A stretch of 64,000 nucleotides of DNA from the NCBI GenBank assembly GCA_035700805.1, contig DASSOG010000054.1, positions 9,653 through 73,652 of the forward strand. Direction: 5' to 3'. Source of the stretch: Gemmatimonadaceae bacterium (GTDB lineage: Bacteria > Gemmatimonadota > Gemmatimonadetes > Gemmatimonadales > Gemmatimonadaceae). How positions within the stretch are numbered: the stretch's first letter is position 1; the number at the start of each line of letters is the position of its first letter. A program made the position numbers and the translations under genes. The notes beneath the pieces were generated by a model that made no database searches, had not been told where the DNA came from, and worked only from the letters and a program-made list of their open reading frames with translations. Positions 10,426-18,752 of the stretch are shown here, piece by piece.

Positions 10426-11682
10426 CTATGCTCCCGTTTCCAGTGAGTTGGTGTGTCCATCAGCCTCGACTGCCGCGCCCACCGGCAGGACGAAGCGCAC
10501 CGTCGTCCCCACCCCCGGCGTGCTCGCAGCCGTGACCTCGCCCTCGTGCGCCAGGGTGGTCTGCCGGGCGATGGCCAGTCCCAGCCCCGTGCCGCCAGCC
10601 TTGTACGTAACGTACGGATCCCACATGTGCGCCAGTTGGTCGGGTGGAATGCCCGGTCCCGTGTCCTGCACGTCAATGGCCACGGCCGGCTGTCCGCGGA
10701 GGGTGGCGGGCGCCACGCGCAACGTGATGGCGCCGCCCGCGGTCCCGACGCCCACGGCGCGGCACGCGTCAGCCGCATTGAGCACCACGTTGCTCAGCGC
10801 GCGGTGCAGGGCGTCGTGGTGGCCCAGGATCATCGGTGTGGTCGGGTCGACCTCGATGGCCAGGGGAAGTTCAGGGGGCACGGAGGTCCGCGCGACGTAG
10901 CGCACCAGGTCGCCCAGGTCCACGGGCGCGCGCGGGCCCTCGGGCAGCCGCCCGAACTGCGAGAAGCTGCGCGCCAGTGTTTCCAGTCGCGATGTCTCGG
11001 TGGCCAGCACGTCCACAATTTCCTCCAGGTTCCCGGGCGCCTCGCGCCGCAGCCGCGCCACTGCAAAGCGAATGGGCGTGAGCGGGTTCTTCAGTTCATG
11101 GGCCGCCTGCCGCGCGGCCTCGCGCAATGCGGCCGCGCGCTCGGCCTCCAGCGCGCGCGTGCGGCCCAGCTCGATCTCGTCGGCCATGACGCGCATGCGC
11201 GCGCGCAACACCTCGAATTCCGGCGCCCCCCGTGTGTGCACCGGAGTGGGCAGCGGTTCACCGCGCCCGATCCGTTCGGTCCATCCTATCAACTCCACCA
11301 GCGGGCGACTCAACTGGCGGCTCAGGTGGCCGGCCACGCGTGAGGCCCCGAGGCCCACGACGATGGCCAGGAGCAGGATGGCCAGCGCCGCCACCACCAC
11401 CGCCTTCTGGGCGACGTAGGCCAGTTGCCTGGAGTGCAGCAGGTTCTGGCGGAGGGCTTGCTGGTGGGCGTCCACGGCGCGGCGCTGGGCCTGCGTCAGC
11501 GGGGCGGAGCGCACGGCGTCGGCGGCGCGAGAACCGCTGGCGGCCACGCTGTCCCACGCGGTGGTGGCGCCCACCATCGAGAAGGCCCACCGGCTGGTGG
11601 TGAACCACCCCAGGCCGAGCAGGGCAGACGGCACCAGCGCGAACGACAGCAGGATGACAAACAGCCGGCTGCGAAACCCCAT
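10426..11682 (-). CDS. Sensor histidine kinase (2 TM, HAMP, HisKA, HATPase_c)
   Basis: H-box AAHELKNPLTPI, N-box NVVLNAADA, and G-boxes DTGPGIP and GGTGLGLAI. Start set at MGFRSRLFVILL (ATG 11682) inside the 534-aa ORF. Confidence 0.85.
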   Translation of the reverse strand: MGFRSRLFVILLSFALVPSALLGLGWFTTSRWAFSMVGATTAWDSVAASGSRAADAVRSAPLTQAQRRAVDAHQQALRQNLLHSRQLAYVAQKAVVVAALAILLLAIVVGLGASRVAGHLSRQLSRPLVELIGWTERIGRGEPLPTPVHTRGAPEFEVLRARMRVMADEIELGRTRALEAERAAALREAARQAAHELKNPLTPIRFAVARLRREAPGNLEEIVDVLATETSRLETLARSFSQFGRLPEGPRAPVDLGDLVRYVARTSVPPELPLAIEVDPTTPMILGHHDALHRALSNVVLNAADACRAVGVGTAGGAITLRVAPATLRGQPAVAIDVQDTGPGIPPDQLAHMWDPYVTYKAGGTGLGLAIARQTTLAHEGEVTAASTPGVGTTVRFVLPVGAAVEADGHTNSLETGA

Positions 11683-12111
11683 GCGGTTCACGAGCCCTCC
11701 CTGAGTACGCGAGCAGTCGGCGGCAGTTTCGTCTCGCAACATACAGGGCGGGGGGGTGGCCAACCAGCGGCCAAGGCTTCCGGGATTTCCATTTACCCAA
11801 TACATTATCTGGGTTGACAATCGGTCCCCCGGGCGACGCGCCGGCTTGGCGCGTGCACGGTTTGCAGGTCCGGATTGCCACCGCGGCGGTCGCACGCCCG
11901 CCGGGAGGACGCCCATTCGTGGCGCGCCCTCCAAACCAAGGCTCTTCGTACCGCGCCATTCCGGGCGCGGCCGGCGGGTCGCGTGCCGATCGACGGGCGC
12001 TGCTCGGTGACGATCGTCTGCGCACGTCATGCACGGACGACCTGCCCCACGCGCCTGGCGGCCGAATCCATAACCGCCAAGGGCCCCTCAGGGGCCCGCA
12101 CAGGAAAGGGC

Positions 12112-13848
12112 ATGAACCCTCGTAATCAGCGCCGCGAACCCACGCGTTCGCACGGCGCCCTCGTCCACCGTGGGCCGCAGGCCACGGCCATCGCCTCACA
12201 CCCGGTTTCCGCGCTGCCCTTCCAGGCACCGAACGCGGCGCTCCTCATCGACTTTGACAACGTCACGATGGGGATCCGATCCGACCTGGGGCACGAACTC
12301 CGCAACCTGCTCGGCTCCGACATCATCAAGGGCAAGGTGGCCGTGCAGCGCGCCTACGCCGACTGGCGCCGCTATCCGCAGTACATCGTGCCGCTCACCG
12401 AGGCGTCCATCGACCTGATCTTCGCGCCGGCGTACGGGTCGTCCAAGAAGAACGCCACGGACATCCGCCTGGCCATTGACGCGCTGGAGCTGGTGTTCAC
12501 CCGCCCTGAAATCGGCACGTTCATCCTGCTGTCGGGCGACTCGGACTTCTCCAGCCTCGTCATCAAGCTCAAGGAGTACGGCAAGTACGTCATCGGCGTC
12601 GGCATCCGCGAGTCCTCCAGCGACCTGCTGGTGATGAACTGCGACGAGTACTACAGCTACAACGCGCTGGCCGGGCTGGTGAAGGCGCATGAGGACGAAG
12701 GGGCGCGCAAGTATGACCCGTGGGAACTGGTCACCGAGGCCATCAACCGCATGGAGCGCAACGGCGACGTGATGCGCTCCGACCGGCTGAAGCAGGTGAT
12801 GCAGGACATCGACAGTTCGTTCGATGAGAAGAACACGGGCCATTCCAAATTCTCAAAGTTCGTGCAGGATGCCGCGGCGCGTGGGCTGCTCACGCTGACC
12901 AAGCTCGAGAACGGCCAGCTTGAAATCGCGCCGGCCGCGGGCAGTGCAGAGGCCAAGCCGGCAGTCGCCGGCGCGGCACCCGCGACGGAGCCGCGTGGGG
13001 AGCGTCCCGGCACTGGCGAGGAGCGCAACGGGCGTCGGGGTCGTCGTGGCGGACGTGGCCGCGGTCGTCGCGGGGCAGAGGCTCCGCAACTGGAGCTGGC
13101 CTCCGGCTCGGCGGCCAAGGGCGCTGCGCCCGCGTCCGCTCCCGCCCCTGCTTCCGCAACGGCTGGCGCCGGCGCGACTGCGCAAGGCGAGCGGCTCACG
13201 CGCAACGAGGCCTTCGACCTGGTGCGTCGCGCCGTGGAGACGCTCACGACCACCGACGAAGTGGTGCGTGCAAGCGCGGTGCGCCTGCGTGCCGCCGAGT
13301 TGCTGGGGCGTGGCAGTGAAAGCCTGAGCGAGCGCAACTTCACGCGCATCCTCCAGGACGCGCACGATGCCAACGTGGTGGACCTCCGCCGCCGTGGCGA
13401 CGACTTCGAGGTATCCCGCGCGGTGGCCGCGGCGGCCGTGGCCGACCAGCTCGCGGCATCCGCCGCCGCGCAGGCGCCGGCAGCGGCGCCTGCGGCCCGG
13501 ACACCTCGGCTTGGCATGGGTGCGCGCGGTGGCGCCTCACGCGGCCGTGCGCGCGCGGGTGAACTGCCCCCCGAATTGCTGGCGGTTGGCGTGGTGAAGA
13601 CGGCTGCTGCGGCAGCCCCGGCCCCAGCTCCCGCGGTCGCGGCGGCAGAGGCGCCCGCTGCTTCCGGTGAGGATTCGAAGCCCGCGCCCAGGAAGCGTGG
13701 TCGCAAGCGCAGTGCGAAGAAGGCGGCTTCCGCGTCCGATGCGGAGTCCACCGCCACGGATAAGGCGGCCCCGCGCAAGGCGCCACGCAAGCGTCGCACC
13801 GCCCGGAAGACGGCGAGCAGCGACGACACCGCAAAGGCCGAAGCGTGA
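12112..13848 (+). CDS. NYN (LabA-like PIN-fold) domain protein with two OST-HTH/LOTUS-like domains and a Lys/Arg/Ala-rich tail
   Basis: NYN core (ALLIDFDNV...KNATDIRLAIDA...LLSGDSDFSSLVIKLKEYGKYVIGVG). Helical OST-HTH-like segments and a basic low-complexity C-terminus. ATG 12112 is preceded by AGGAAAGGG. Confidence 0.82.
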   Translation: MNPRNQRREPTRSHGALVHRGPQATAIASHPVSALPFQAPNAALLIDFDNVTMGIRSDLGHELRNLLGSDIIKGKVAVQRAYADWRRYPQYIVPLTEASIDLIFAPAYGSSKKNATDIRLAIDALELVFTRPEIGTFILLSGDSDFSSLVIKLKEYGKYVIGVGIRESSSDLLVMNCDEYYSYNALAGLVKAHEDEGARKYDPWELVTEAINRMERNGDVMRSDRLKQVMQDIDSSFDEKNTGHSKFSKFVQDAAARGLLTLTKLENGQLEIAPAAGSAEAKPAVAGAAPATEPRGERPGTGEERNGRRGRRGGRGRGRRGAEAPQLELASGSAAKGAAPASAPAPASATAGAGATAQGERLTRNEAFDLVRRAVETLTTTDEVVRASAVRLRAAELLGRGSESLSERNFTRILQDAHDANVVDLRRRGDDFEVSRAVAAAAVADQLAASAAAQAPAAAPAARTPRLGMGARGGASRGRARAGELPPELLAVGVVKTAAAAAPAPAPAVAAAEAPAASGEDSKPAPRKRGRKRSAKKAASASDAESTATDKAAPRKAPRKRRTARKTASSDDTAKAEA

Positions 13849-14489
13849 GCCCGGGCGCCGCGCTGGCTGCGCGGCGCCGTGGGTCAGGAGCCGCCCTGCC
13901 GGCCCGCTTCTTCGCGCGCGACACCGAGTTTGTCGCGCGCGAGTTGCTGGGTTGCATCCTGGAATGCCGGTCGGCTGACGGGGGCGTGGCGTCGGGCCGG
14001 ATTGTCGAAACCGAGGCGTATCTGGGCGAACACGACGCCGCGTGCCACGCCGCCGCCGGGTACACCGCGCGCACGGCGCCGCTCTACGGCGCGCCGGGGA
14101 CGGCCTATGTGTACTTCGTCTACGGCATGCACTGGTGCGTGAACGCGGTCACGCGCCGGCGCGGGTTACCGAGCGCCGTGCTGATTCGCGCGCTGGAGCC
14201 CGTTCGCGGGATTGAGCTGATGCGTGGACGCCGGCGGCATCCTCGGCGCGATCGGGACCTTACGAACGGGCCGGCCAAGGTGTGCGAGGCGCTGGGCATC
14301 GATGCGCGGTACAACGGCGTCTCACTGCAGCGCGGGGCGCTGGTGATTCGAGCGGGGGCTCGCGTGCCCGATGGTCAGGTGCTGGTCACGCCACGCATCG
14401 GCATTCGGAAGGCCGCCGACTGGCCGCTGCGGTTCCTGGTGGCTGACAATGCCTGGGTGTCGCGCACCCCCGCGCATTCGCGGGGGTGA
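13845..14489 (+). CDS. mpg: DNA-3-methyladenine glycosylase (Mpg/AAG family)
   Basis: Motifs ETEAYLG, YFVYGMHWCVN, LIRALEP and NGPAKVCEALGI. GTG start overlaps the upstream stop (GTGA). Confidence 0.85.
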   Translation: MSPGAALAARRRGSGAALPARFFARDTEFVARELLGCILECRSADGGVASGRIVETEAYLGEHDAACHAAAGYTARTAPLYGAPGTAYVYFVYGMHWCVNAVTRRRGLPSAVLIRALEPVRGIELMRGRRRHPRRDRDLTNGPAKVCEALGIDARYNGVSLQRGALVIRAGARVPDGQVLVTPRIGIRKAADWPLRFLVADNAWVSRTPAHSRG

Positions 14490-14504
14490 AACCACGCGCG
14501 CGGT

Positions 14505-15170
14505 TCAGCGCGATGAATCTACCGACGATCCGAAGTTGTAACGGACGCCGAGTTCCAGTGACGCGTTGATGCCGTGCGACGGCGACGACAGCAGCATCTG
14601 CTGGTTCGCCTGCCATGCCGAGGCCTGGACGAACACGCCCGTATTGCGGAACTGGTACTGCGAACCGATCAGCAGGACCGGCGCAAAGGCCGACTTGTAC
14701 GCGGCGATGATCTTCTGGGCCAGGTTGTACTGCTCCGCCGAGCCCCACGCGCCCACCTTGGTGGTCTGCGCGACCTGGCTGTAGACCATGCCAAGTCCCA
14801 CGTAGGGATGAAGGCGTTCCCAGTTCCCGGGATAGCCCATCAGGGCCAGGGTGAAGCGGCGCAGGTCCTTCACGTTCACCGTGCTGGGGACGTCGCTGGG
14901 GTTCACCGAGTCGGCCAGGACAGCGTACTGCGACAGGAACGACTGGTCGATCGAGAAATAGATGCCGCCGCGGTTGCGGGTGATGAGCCAGTCGGCCCCA
15001 CCCATGGGCGCCACGACGGTGGCCTTGCTGCGCGACGACGTGACCGTGCCGCCACCCTTCACGCCCCAGAACCAGGAGTTCTGGAAGGTGCGGTTGGCCT
15101 GGGCCATTCCCACGGCGGGTACGGCGGAAAGCAGCGCAACGCCGGCGGCCAGAGATCGGATCGCTTTCAT
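14505..15170 (-). CDS. Outer-membrane beta-barrel protein (small porin/OmpW-like class)
   Basis: Signal peptide MKAIRSLAAGVALLSAVPAVGMAQ, alternating beta-strand pattern and a terminal aromatic-rich strand (LELGVRYNF). It is the internal part of a spurious 524-aa ORF. Confidence 0.7.
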   Translation of the reverse strand: MKAIRSLAAGVALLSAVPAVGMAQANRTFQNSWFWGVKGGGTVTSSRSKATVVAPMGGADWLITRNRGGIYFSIDQSFLSQYAVLADSVNPSDVPSTVNVKDLRRFTLALMGYPGNWERLHPYVGLGMVYSQVAQTTKVGAWGSAEQYNLAQKIIAAYKSAFAPVLLIGSQYQFRNTGVFVQASAWQANQQMLLSSPSHGINASLELGVRYNFGSSVDSSR

Positions 15171-15328
15171 ACGAATCCTCGAGATGGAGTGCGGGGCGGA
15201 CCGACGATAATGCCCCGACAAGTGGACGAAGGCCATGGGGGCATGGTCACAAGCCCGGATCGGCGGCCGGCCGCCAGGTCCTGCGGGCCCGGCGCCCTTC
15301 CCGCGCCCTTCCGGCGCCTGGGGCCGCG

Positions 15329-16537
15329 CTATTGGACGATGCCCAGCTTGCGCCCCACGGTGGTGATGGCCGCGATGGCCTCGTCCAGGTCCGCCCGGGT
15401 GTGTGCCGCCGAGATCTGGCACCGGATGCGGGCCTGTCCCTGGGGCACCACCGGGAACCCGAAGCCCGTGACGAACACGCCCTGGTCCAGCAGCATGTCC
15501 GACATCCTGATGGCCGCGGCGGTCTCGCCGACGATGATCGGCACAATGGGGGTCTCGCCGGCCAGGGGCTTGAACCCGGCCTCCACGATCTGCTCGCGGA
15601 AGTACCGCGCGTTCTCGCGGAGCGTCTGGACGCGCTCCGGGTGCTGCTCGATGAACTGCACGGAGGCCAGCGCGCTGCCCGCCACGGTGGGTGGCAGGGC
15701 ATTGGAAAAGAGTTGTGGACGTGAGCGCTGAATCAGGTAGTCGGTGAGCGCGGCCGGGCCGGCCGTGAAGCCGCCGGCGGCGCCGCCCAGCGCCTTGCCG
15801 AGCGTGGACGTGATGACATCCACCTCGCCAAGGAGCCCGAAGTGCTCCGCGGTGCCACGCCCCGTCTTGCCGAGCACGCCGGTGGCGTGGGAGTCGTCCA
15901 CGATGAGCACGGCGTCCTGGTCGCGGGCAATCTGGATCAGTTCCGGAAGCTTGCAGATGGCGCCTTCCATGCTGAACACCCCGTCGGTCCAGATCAGCCG
16001 GCGGCGTGCGGACCTGGCATCGCGCAGCTTGGCGCGCAGGTCGTCCAGGTCGCCGTGCTTGTACACGCCGGTGGTGCACTTGGTGATGGACTTGGCCAGG
16101 CGTATGGAATCGATGATGGACGCGTGATTGAGGGCGTCGCTCAGCACCACGTCGCCCTCCTGGACGATGGTGGCGGTGAGCCCTTCATTGGCGTTCCAGC
16201 AACTCACGTAGCTCATGGACGACTCGCAGCCCACAAACCGGGCCAGCGCCTGCTCCAGCTCGCGGTGCACCGTGAACGTGCCGCAGATGAACCGCACGCT
16301 TCCCGTGCCGGCGCCAAACCGCTCCAGGGCATCCATGCCCGCCTTGATCACCGCGGGTTCCGTGCACAGCCCGAGGTAATTGTTGGACGAGAGGATGATG
16401 ACCTCGCCGCGGCCTTCCATGCGTACGCGGGCGGCCTGCGGGGACTCCAGGTGATTGAGCCGCTTGTAGACGCGATCGGCCTTGAGCTGGTCCAGTTCGG
16501 AGTTCAGGGCGCCGACAAAATTCTGGTTCACTGACAT
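15329..16537 (-). CDS. kbl: Glycine C-acetyltransferase (2-amino-3-ketobutyrate CoA ligase)
   Basis: Full-length alpha-oxoamine synthase pattern (SNNYLGL, PLP-lysine region STLGKALGG). Lies directly downstream of tdh. Confidence 0.9.
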   Translation of the reverse strand: MSVNQNFVGALNSELDQLKADRVYKRLNHLESPQAARVRMEGRGEVIILSSNNYLGLCTEPAVIKAGMDALERFGAGTGSVRFICGTFTVHRELEQALARFVGCESSMSYVSCWNANEGLTATIVQEGDVVLSDALNHASIIDSIRLAKSITKCTTGVYKHGDLDDLRAKLRDARSARRRLIWTDGVFSMEGAICKLPELIQIARDQDAVLIVDDSHATGVLGKTGRGTAEHFGLLGEVDVITSTLGKALGGAAGGFTAGPAALTDYLIQRSRPQLFSNALPPTVAGSALASVQFIEQHPERVQTLRENARYFREQIVEAGFKPLAGETPIVPIIVGETAAAIRMSDMLLDQGVFVTGFGFPVVPQGQARIRCQISAAHTRADLDEAIAAITTVGRKLGIVQ

Positions 16538-16610
16538 GGTAGCTTGACCGGTGTGACGTGGTGGGTGTGCGGCCCGGGTGGCCGGGGCATGCCGCCCCGG
16601 CTTTGGCGGG

Positions 16611-17636
16611 TCACGCGATCTCGAAGATCACCTTGCCGGCCGCGCCCGTCCGGATGGCGTTGATGGCATCATCAAAGCCCTCCAGCGGGAACCGGTGCGT
16701 GATCACGGGCGTGGGGTCGAACATCCCCGAGCGCAGGAAGCGGGTGACCTGGTTCCACGTTTCATACATGCGGCGCCCGACCACCCCATAGATGGTGATG
16801 CCCTTGAAGATGACTTCCTCTGCCAGGTTCACTTCGATGGGCTTGGATGGGATGCCGAGCATCTGTACGCGGCCGCCCACGCGGACCAGTCCAAGGGCCT
16901 GATGGATGGCCGGGGGCGCGCCGGACATCTCCAGCACCACGTCCACGCCCAGGCCGTCGGTGGCCGCGCGTACCGCGCGTTCCGCTTCGTTGGGGTGCAC
17001 CACGTCGTGCGCGCCCATGCGGCGCGCCAGCGCCAGCCGCGTCTCGTTCACGTCGGAGGCGATGATGCGCGACGCCCCCGCGGCCTTGCAGATGCCCACC
17101 GCGAACAGGCCAATGGGTCCGCATCCCGTGATGAGCACGGTGGCGCCGGGAATCTCCGCGGTCAGCGCGGTGTGGAAGGCATTGCCCATGGGGTCGTGGA
17201 TGCCGCCGATGTCGAACGAGATGTTGTCGTCCAGGTGCCAGACGTTGGTGGCCGGCATGGCGATGTAGTCGGCAAAGCAGCCGTCGCGGTCCACGCCGAT
17301 GATCCGGGTGTGGGGGCAGACGTGCGAGTTACCGGTGCGGCAGAGCAGGCAGCGGCCGTCCACGATGTGTCCCTCGGCGGTCACGCGGTCGCCCTCGTGC
17401 ACGTCGGTGACCAGCCCGCCCACTTTCACGACGTCACCGGCAAACTCGTGGCCGACGGTGAAGGGCGGCTTGCATCGGCCCTGCGCCCATGCATCCCAGG
17501 TGTAGATGTGCACGTCGGTGCCGCAGACGCCGGCGCGGCGGACGCGAATGAGCACCTCGTCATCCCGGATGGTGGGAACCGGGACGTCCTGCATGGTGAA
17601 TCCAGGAGCTGCGGACTGCTTGACCAGCGCTCTCAC
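16611..17636 (-). CDS. tdh: L-threonine 3-dehydrogenase (Zn-dependent)
   Basis: Motifs GVCGTDVH, GHEFAG and GCGPIG. GTG start (VRALVKQ...) gives the canonical length of about 341 aa; the longer ORF extension lacks homology. Confidence 0.88.
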   Translation of the reverse strand: MRALVKQSAAPGFTMQDVPVPTIRDDEVLIRVRRAGVCGTDVHIYTWDAWAQGRCKPPFTVGHEFAGDVVKVGGLVTDVHEGDRVTAEGHIVDGRCLLCRTGNSHVCPHTRIIGVDRDGCFADYIAMPATNVWHLDDNISFDIGGIHDPMGNAFHTALTAEIPGATVLITGCGPIGLFAVGICKAAGASRIIASDVNETRLALARRMGAHDVVHPNEAERAVRAATDGLGVDVVLEMSGAPPAIHQALGLVRVGGRVQMLGIPSKPIEVNLAEEVIFKGITIYGVVGRRMYETWNQVTRFLRSGMFDPTPVITHRFPLEGFDDAINAIRTGAAGKVIFEIA

Positions 17637-17752
17637 GTTTGCCTCACGTCGGATGGTCCAACTGGTGACGCGCGCCACATAGCGCGGTCGTGATTGGAAA
17701 TTCGCATTGCGCGCGGAGTGGGGGAAGCCCGCGCGACTGCGGGGGATGGCGT

Positions 17753-17819
17753 GCAAATTCGCTATTGCGCGCAATTTGCCGTGTTCCTATATTCGCGCGG
17801 AGTAAGTCTTGACGCGAAT
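17753..17819. promoter_or_regulatory. Cluster of palindromic operator-like sites upstream of tdh
   Basis: The 12-bp perfect palindrome ATTGCGCGCAAT (17764-17775) is nested in GCAAATT-N13-AATTTGC (17753-17779). A second inverted repeat is ATTCGCG-N15-CGCGAAT (17791-17819). A half-site copy ATTGCGCGC lies at 17706-17714. Confidence 0.3.
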
Positions 17820-18247
17820 TGAGGATACTCGGTGGATTCATTTCGACGAGCGCTTCTCCAGGTGCAACTCCCGCCGGCCGCGACGGATTCCGTCGTCGGC
17901 GCCCTCGTCGTCCTCCGCTTTCACCCCGCTCCTTCGTCTCGCTGCGCCCGCTCCGACGGGCCGAGTACGCGTCGCGCCCTTCCGTTGTCCACGACATCCA
18001 CCGCCACGCGCTGTCATGCGCGTGGCGTTTCGGTATTCGGATCGTCACTCGGTTCAGGCGCCACGACGTGGTCCACCTCCATGCTTCTTTCCTATCGCAA
18101 GCCCTGATCGCGGTGGGATCCCAGCTTCACCTGTCTCCGCGGAGATAGGTGCGGCGGCAGTCGACGGCTTCGGCCGGCGGTTGCTGACTCGTCGATCCAC
18201 CGGGGGATCGCTCGAGTAGTTCAACCTCCAAGATTGGAGATTTGACA

Positions 18248-18376
18248 ATGGCAGCAGCGAAGAAGAAGGCCCGCAAGGCCGCGAAGAAGAAGACCCGCAA
18301 GACCGCGAAGAAGGCCGCGAAGAAGACCACCAAGCGGCGTGCGGCGAAGAAGGGCGGCCGTAAGAAGAGAAAGTAG
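18248..18376 (+). CDS. 42-aa Lys/Ala-rich highly basic protein (histone H1-like composition); not in the ORF track because it is under 60 aa
   Basis: ATG is preceded by GGAGA at 7 nt. It translates to MAAAKKKARKAAKKKTRKTAKKAAKKTTKRRAAKKGGRKKRK. Codon use is G/C-ending, and a strong terminator follows 24 nt downstream. Confidence 0.6.
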   Translation: MAAAKKKARKAAKKKTRKTAKKAAKKTTKRRAAKKGGRKKRK

Positions 18377-18399
18377 CCCGTCCTTCGTAGCAGAATCGA

Positions 18400-18432
18400 G
18401 AAAGCCGGCGCGTTTACGCGCCGGCTTTCTTG
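18400..18432. terminator. Bidirectional intrinsic terminator
   Basis: Perfect 13-bp stem GAAAGCCGGCGCG / CGCGCCGGCTTTC with a TTTA loop, and T-containing tails on both strands. Confidence 0.75.
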
Positions 18433-18465
18433 CGTCCTCCCACCACGTGTGTCCCCCCGCCCCCC

Positions 18466-18499
18466 TCCAACAAGAACGGCGGCCATCTCCTGGCCGCCG
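18466..18499 (-). terminator. Intrinsic terminator candidate (minus strand)
   Basis: 8-bp GC stem CGGCGGCC / GGCCGCCG with a 7-nt loop, followed on the minus strand by TTCTTGTTGG. Confidence 0.5.
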
Positions 18500-18527
18500 C
18501 TGCATGTCGCCGCCTGGACCCGCGACG

Positions 18528-18677
18528 TTACGCCGCCGCGGATTTCCCCTTGCCGGGTTCGGGCGCCGGGCCCCACACGTACGCGCGATACACGCTTGGC
18601 CTTTCCTCAGCCCATCCCGTGGAGATCACGATGCCCACCGGCTCGGCGGGGCGCGGGTCCTGCTCGTCTGCCTTCAT
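18528..18677 (-). CDS. Candidate 49-aa small protein (MKADEQDPRPAEPVGIVISTGWAEERPSVYRAYVWGPAPEPGKGKSAAA)
   Basis: ATG to TAA ORF with predominantly G/C third positions. GGTGG lies upstream, and in-frame GTG alternatives lie 4-5 codons upstream. The ORF is bracketed by two terminator-like hairpins and is below the track length cut-off. Confidence 0.38.
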   Translation of the reverse strand: MKADEQDPRPAEPVGIVISTGWAEERPSVYRAYVWGPAPEPGKGKSAAA

Positions 18678-18705
18678 TATATGAACCACCACTGCCGCTC
18701 AGGGT

Positions 18706-18752
18706 CGGAAAACGCGGGGCGAGTCGGCGAGAACGGGTCGCCGCTCGCCCCG
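18706..18752 (-). terminator. Intrinsic terminator / attenuator-like hairpin (minus strand)
   Basis: The minus strand reads CGGGGCGAG-CGGCGA-CCCGTTC-TCGCCG-A-CTCGCCCCG, which is 15 bp with one bulge, then CGTTTTCC. Confidence 0.5.

Noticed and set aside
11755-11776. Sigma-54-like TGGCCGCTGGTTGGC / TGGCCACCCCCCCGC elements upstream of the kinase gene
   Set aside because: Two overlapping GG-N10-GC alignments are possible, but both have poor -12 regions (GGC/CGC rather than TTGC). They are indistinguishable from chance in this G+C background.
17809-18219. 136-aa, 109-aa and 91-aa ORFs inside the tdh-upstream island
   Set aside because: Many codons end in T/A, unlike genuine genes here. There is no RBS and the translations are Pro/Arg/Ser-rich. 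The region was treated as non-coding.
18675-18683. Perfect TATAAT on the minus strand
   Set aside because: It overlaps the candidate ATG itself (TATAATG), so it cannot serve as the -10 for that ORF. No -35 lies at a suitable distance.
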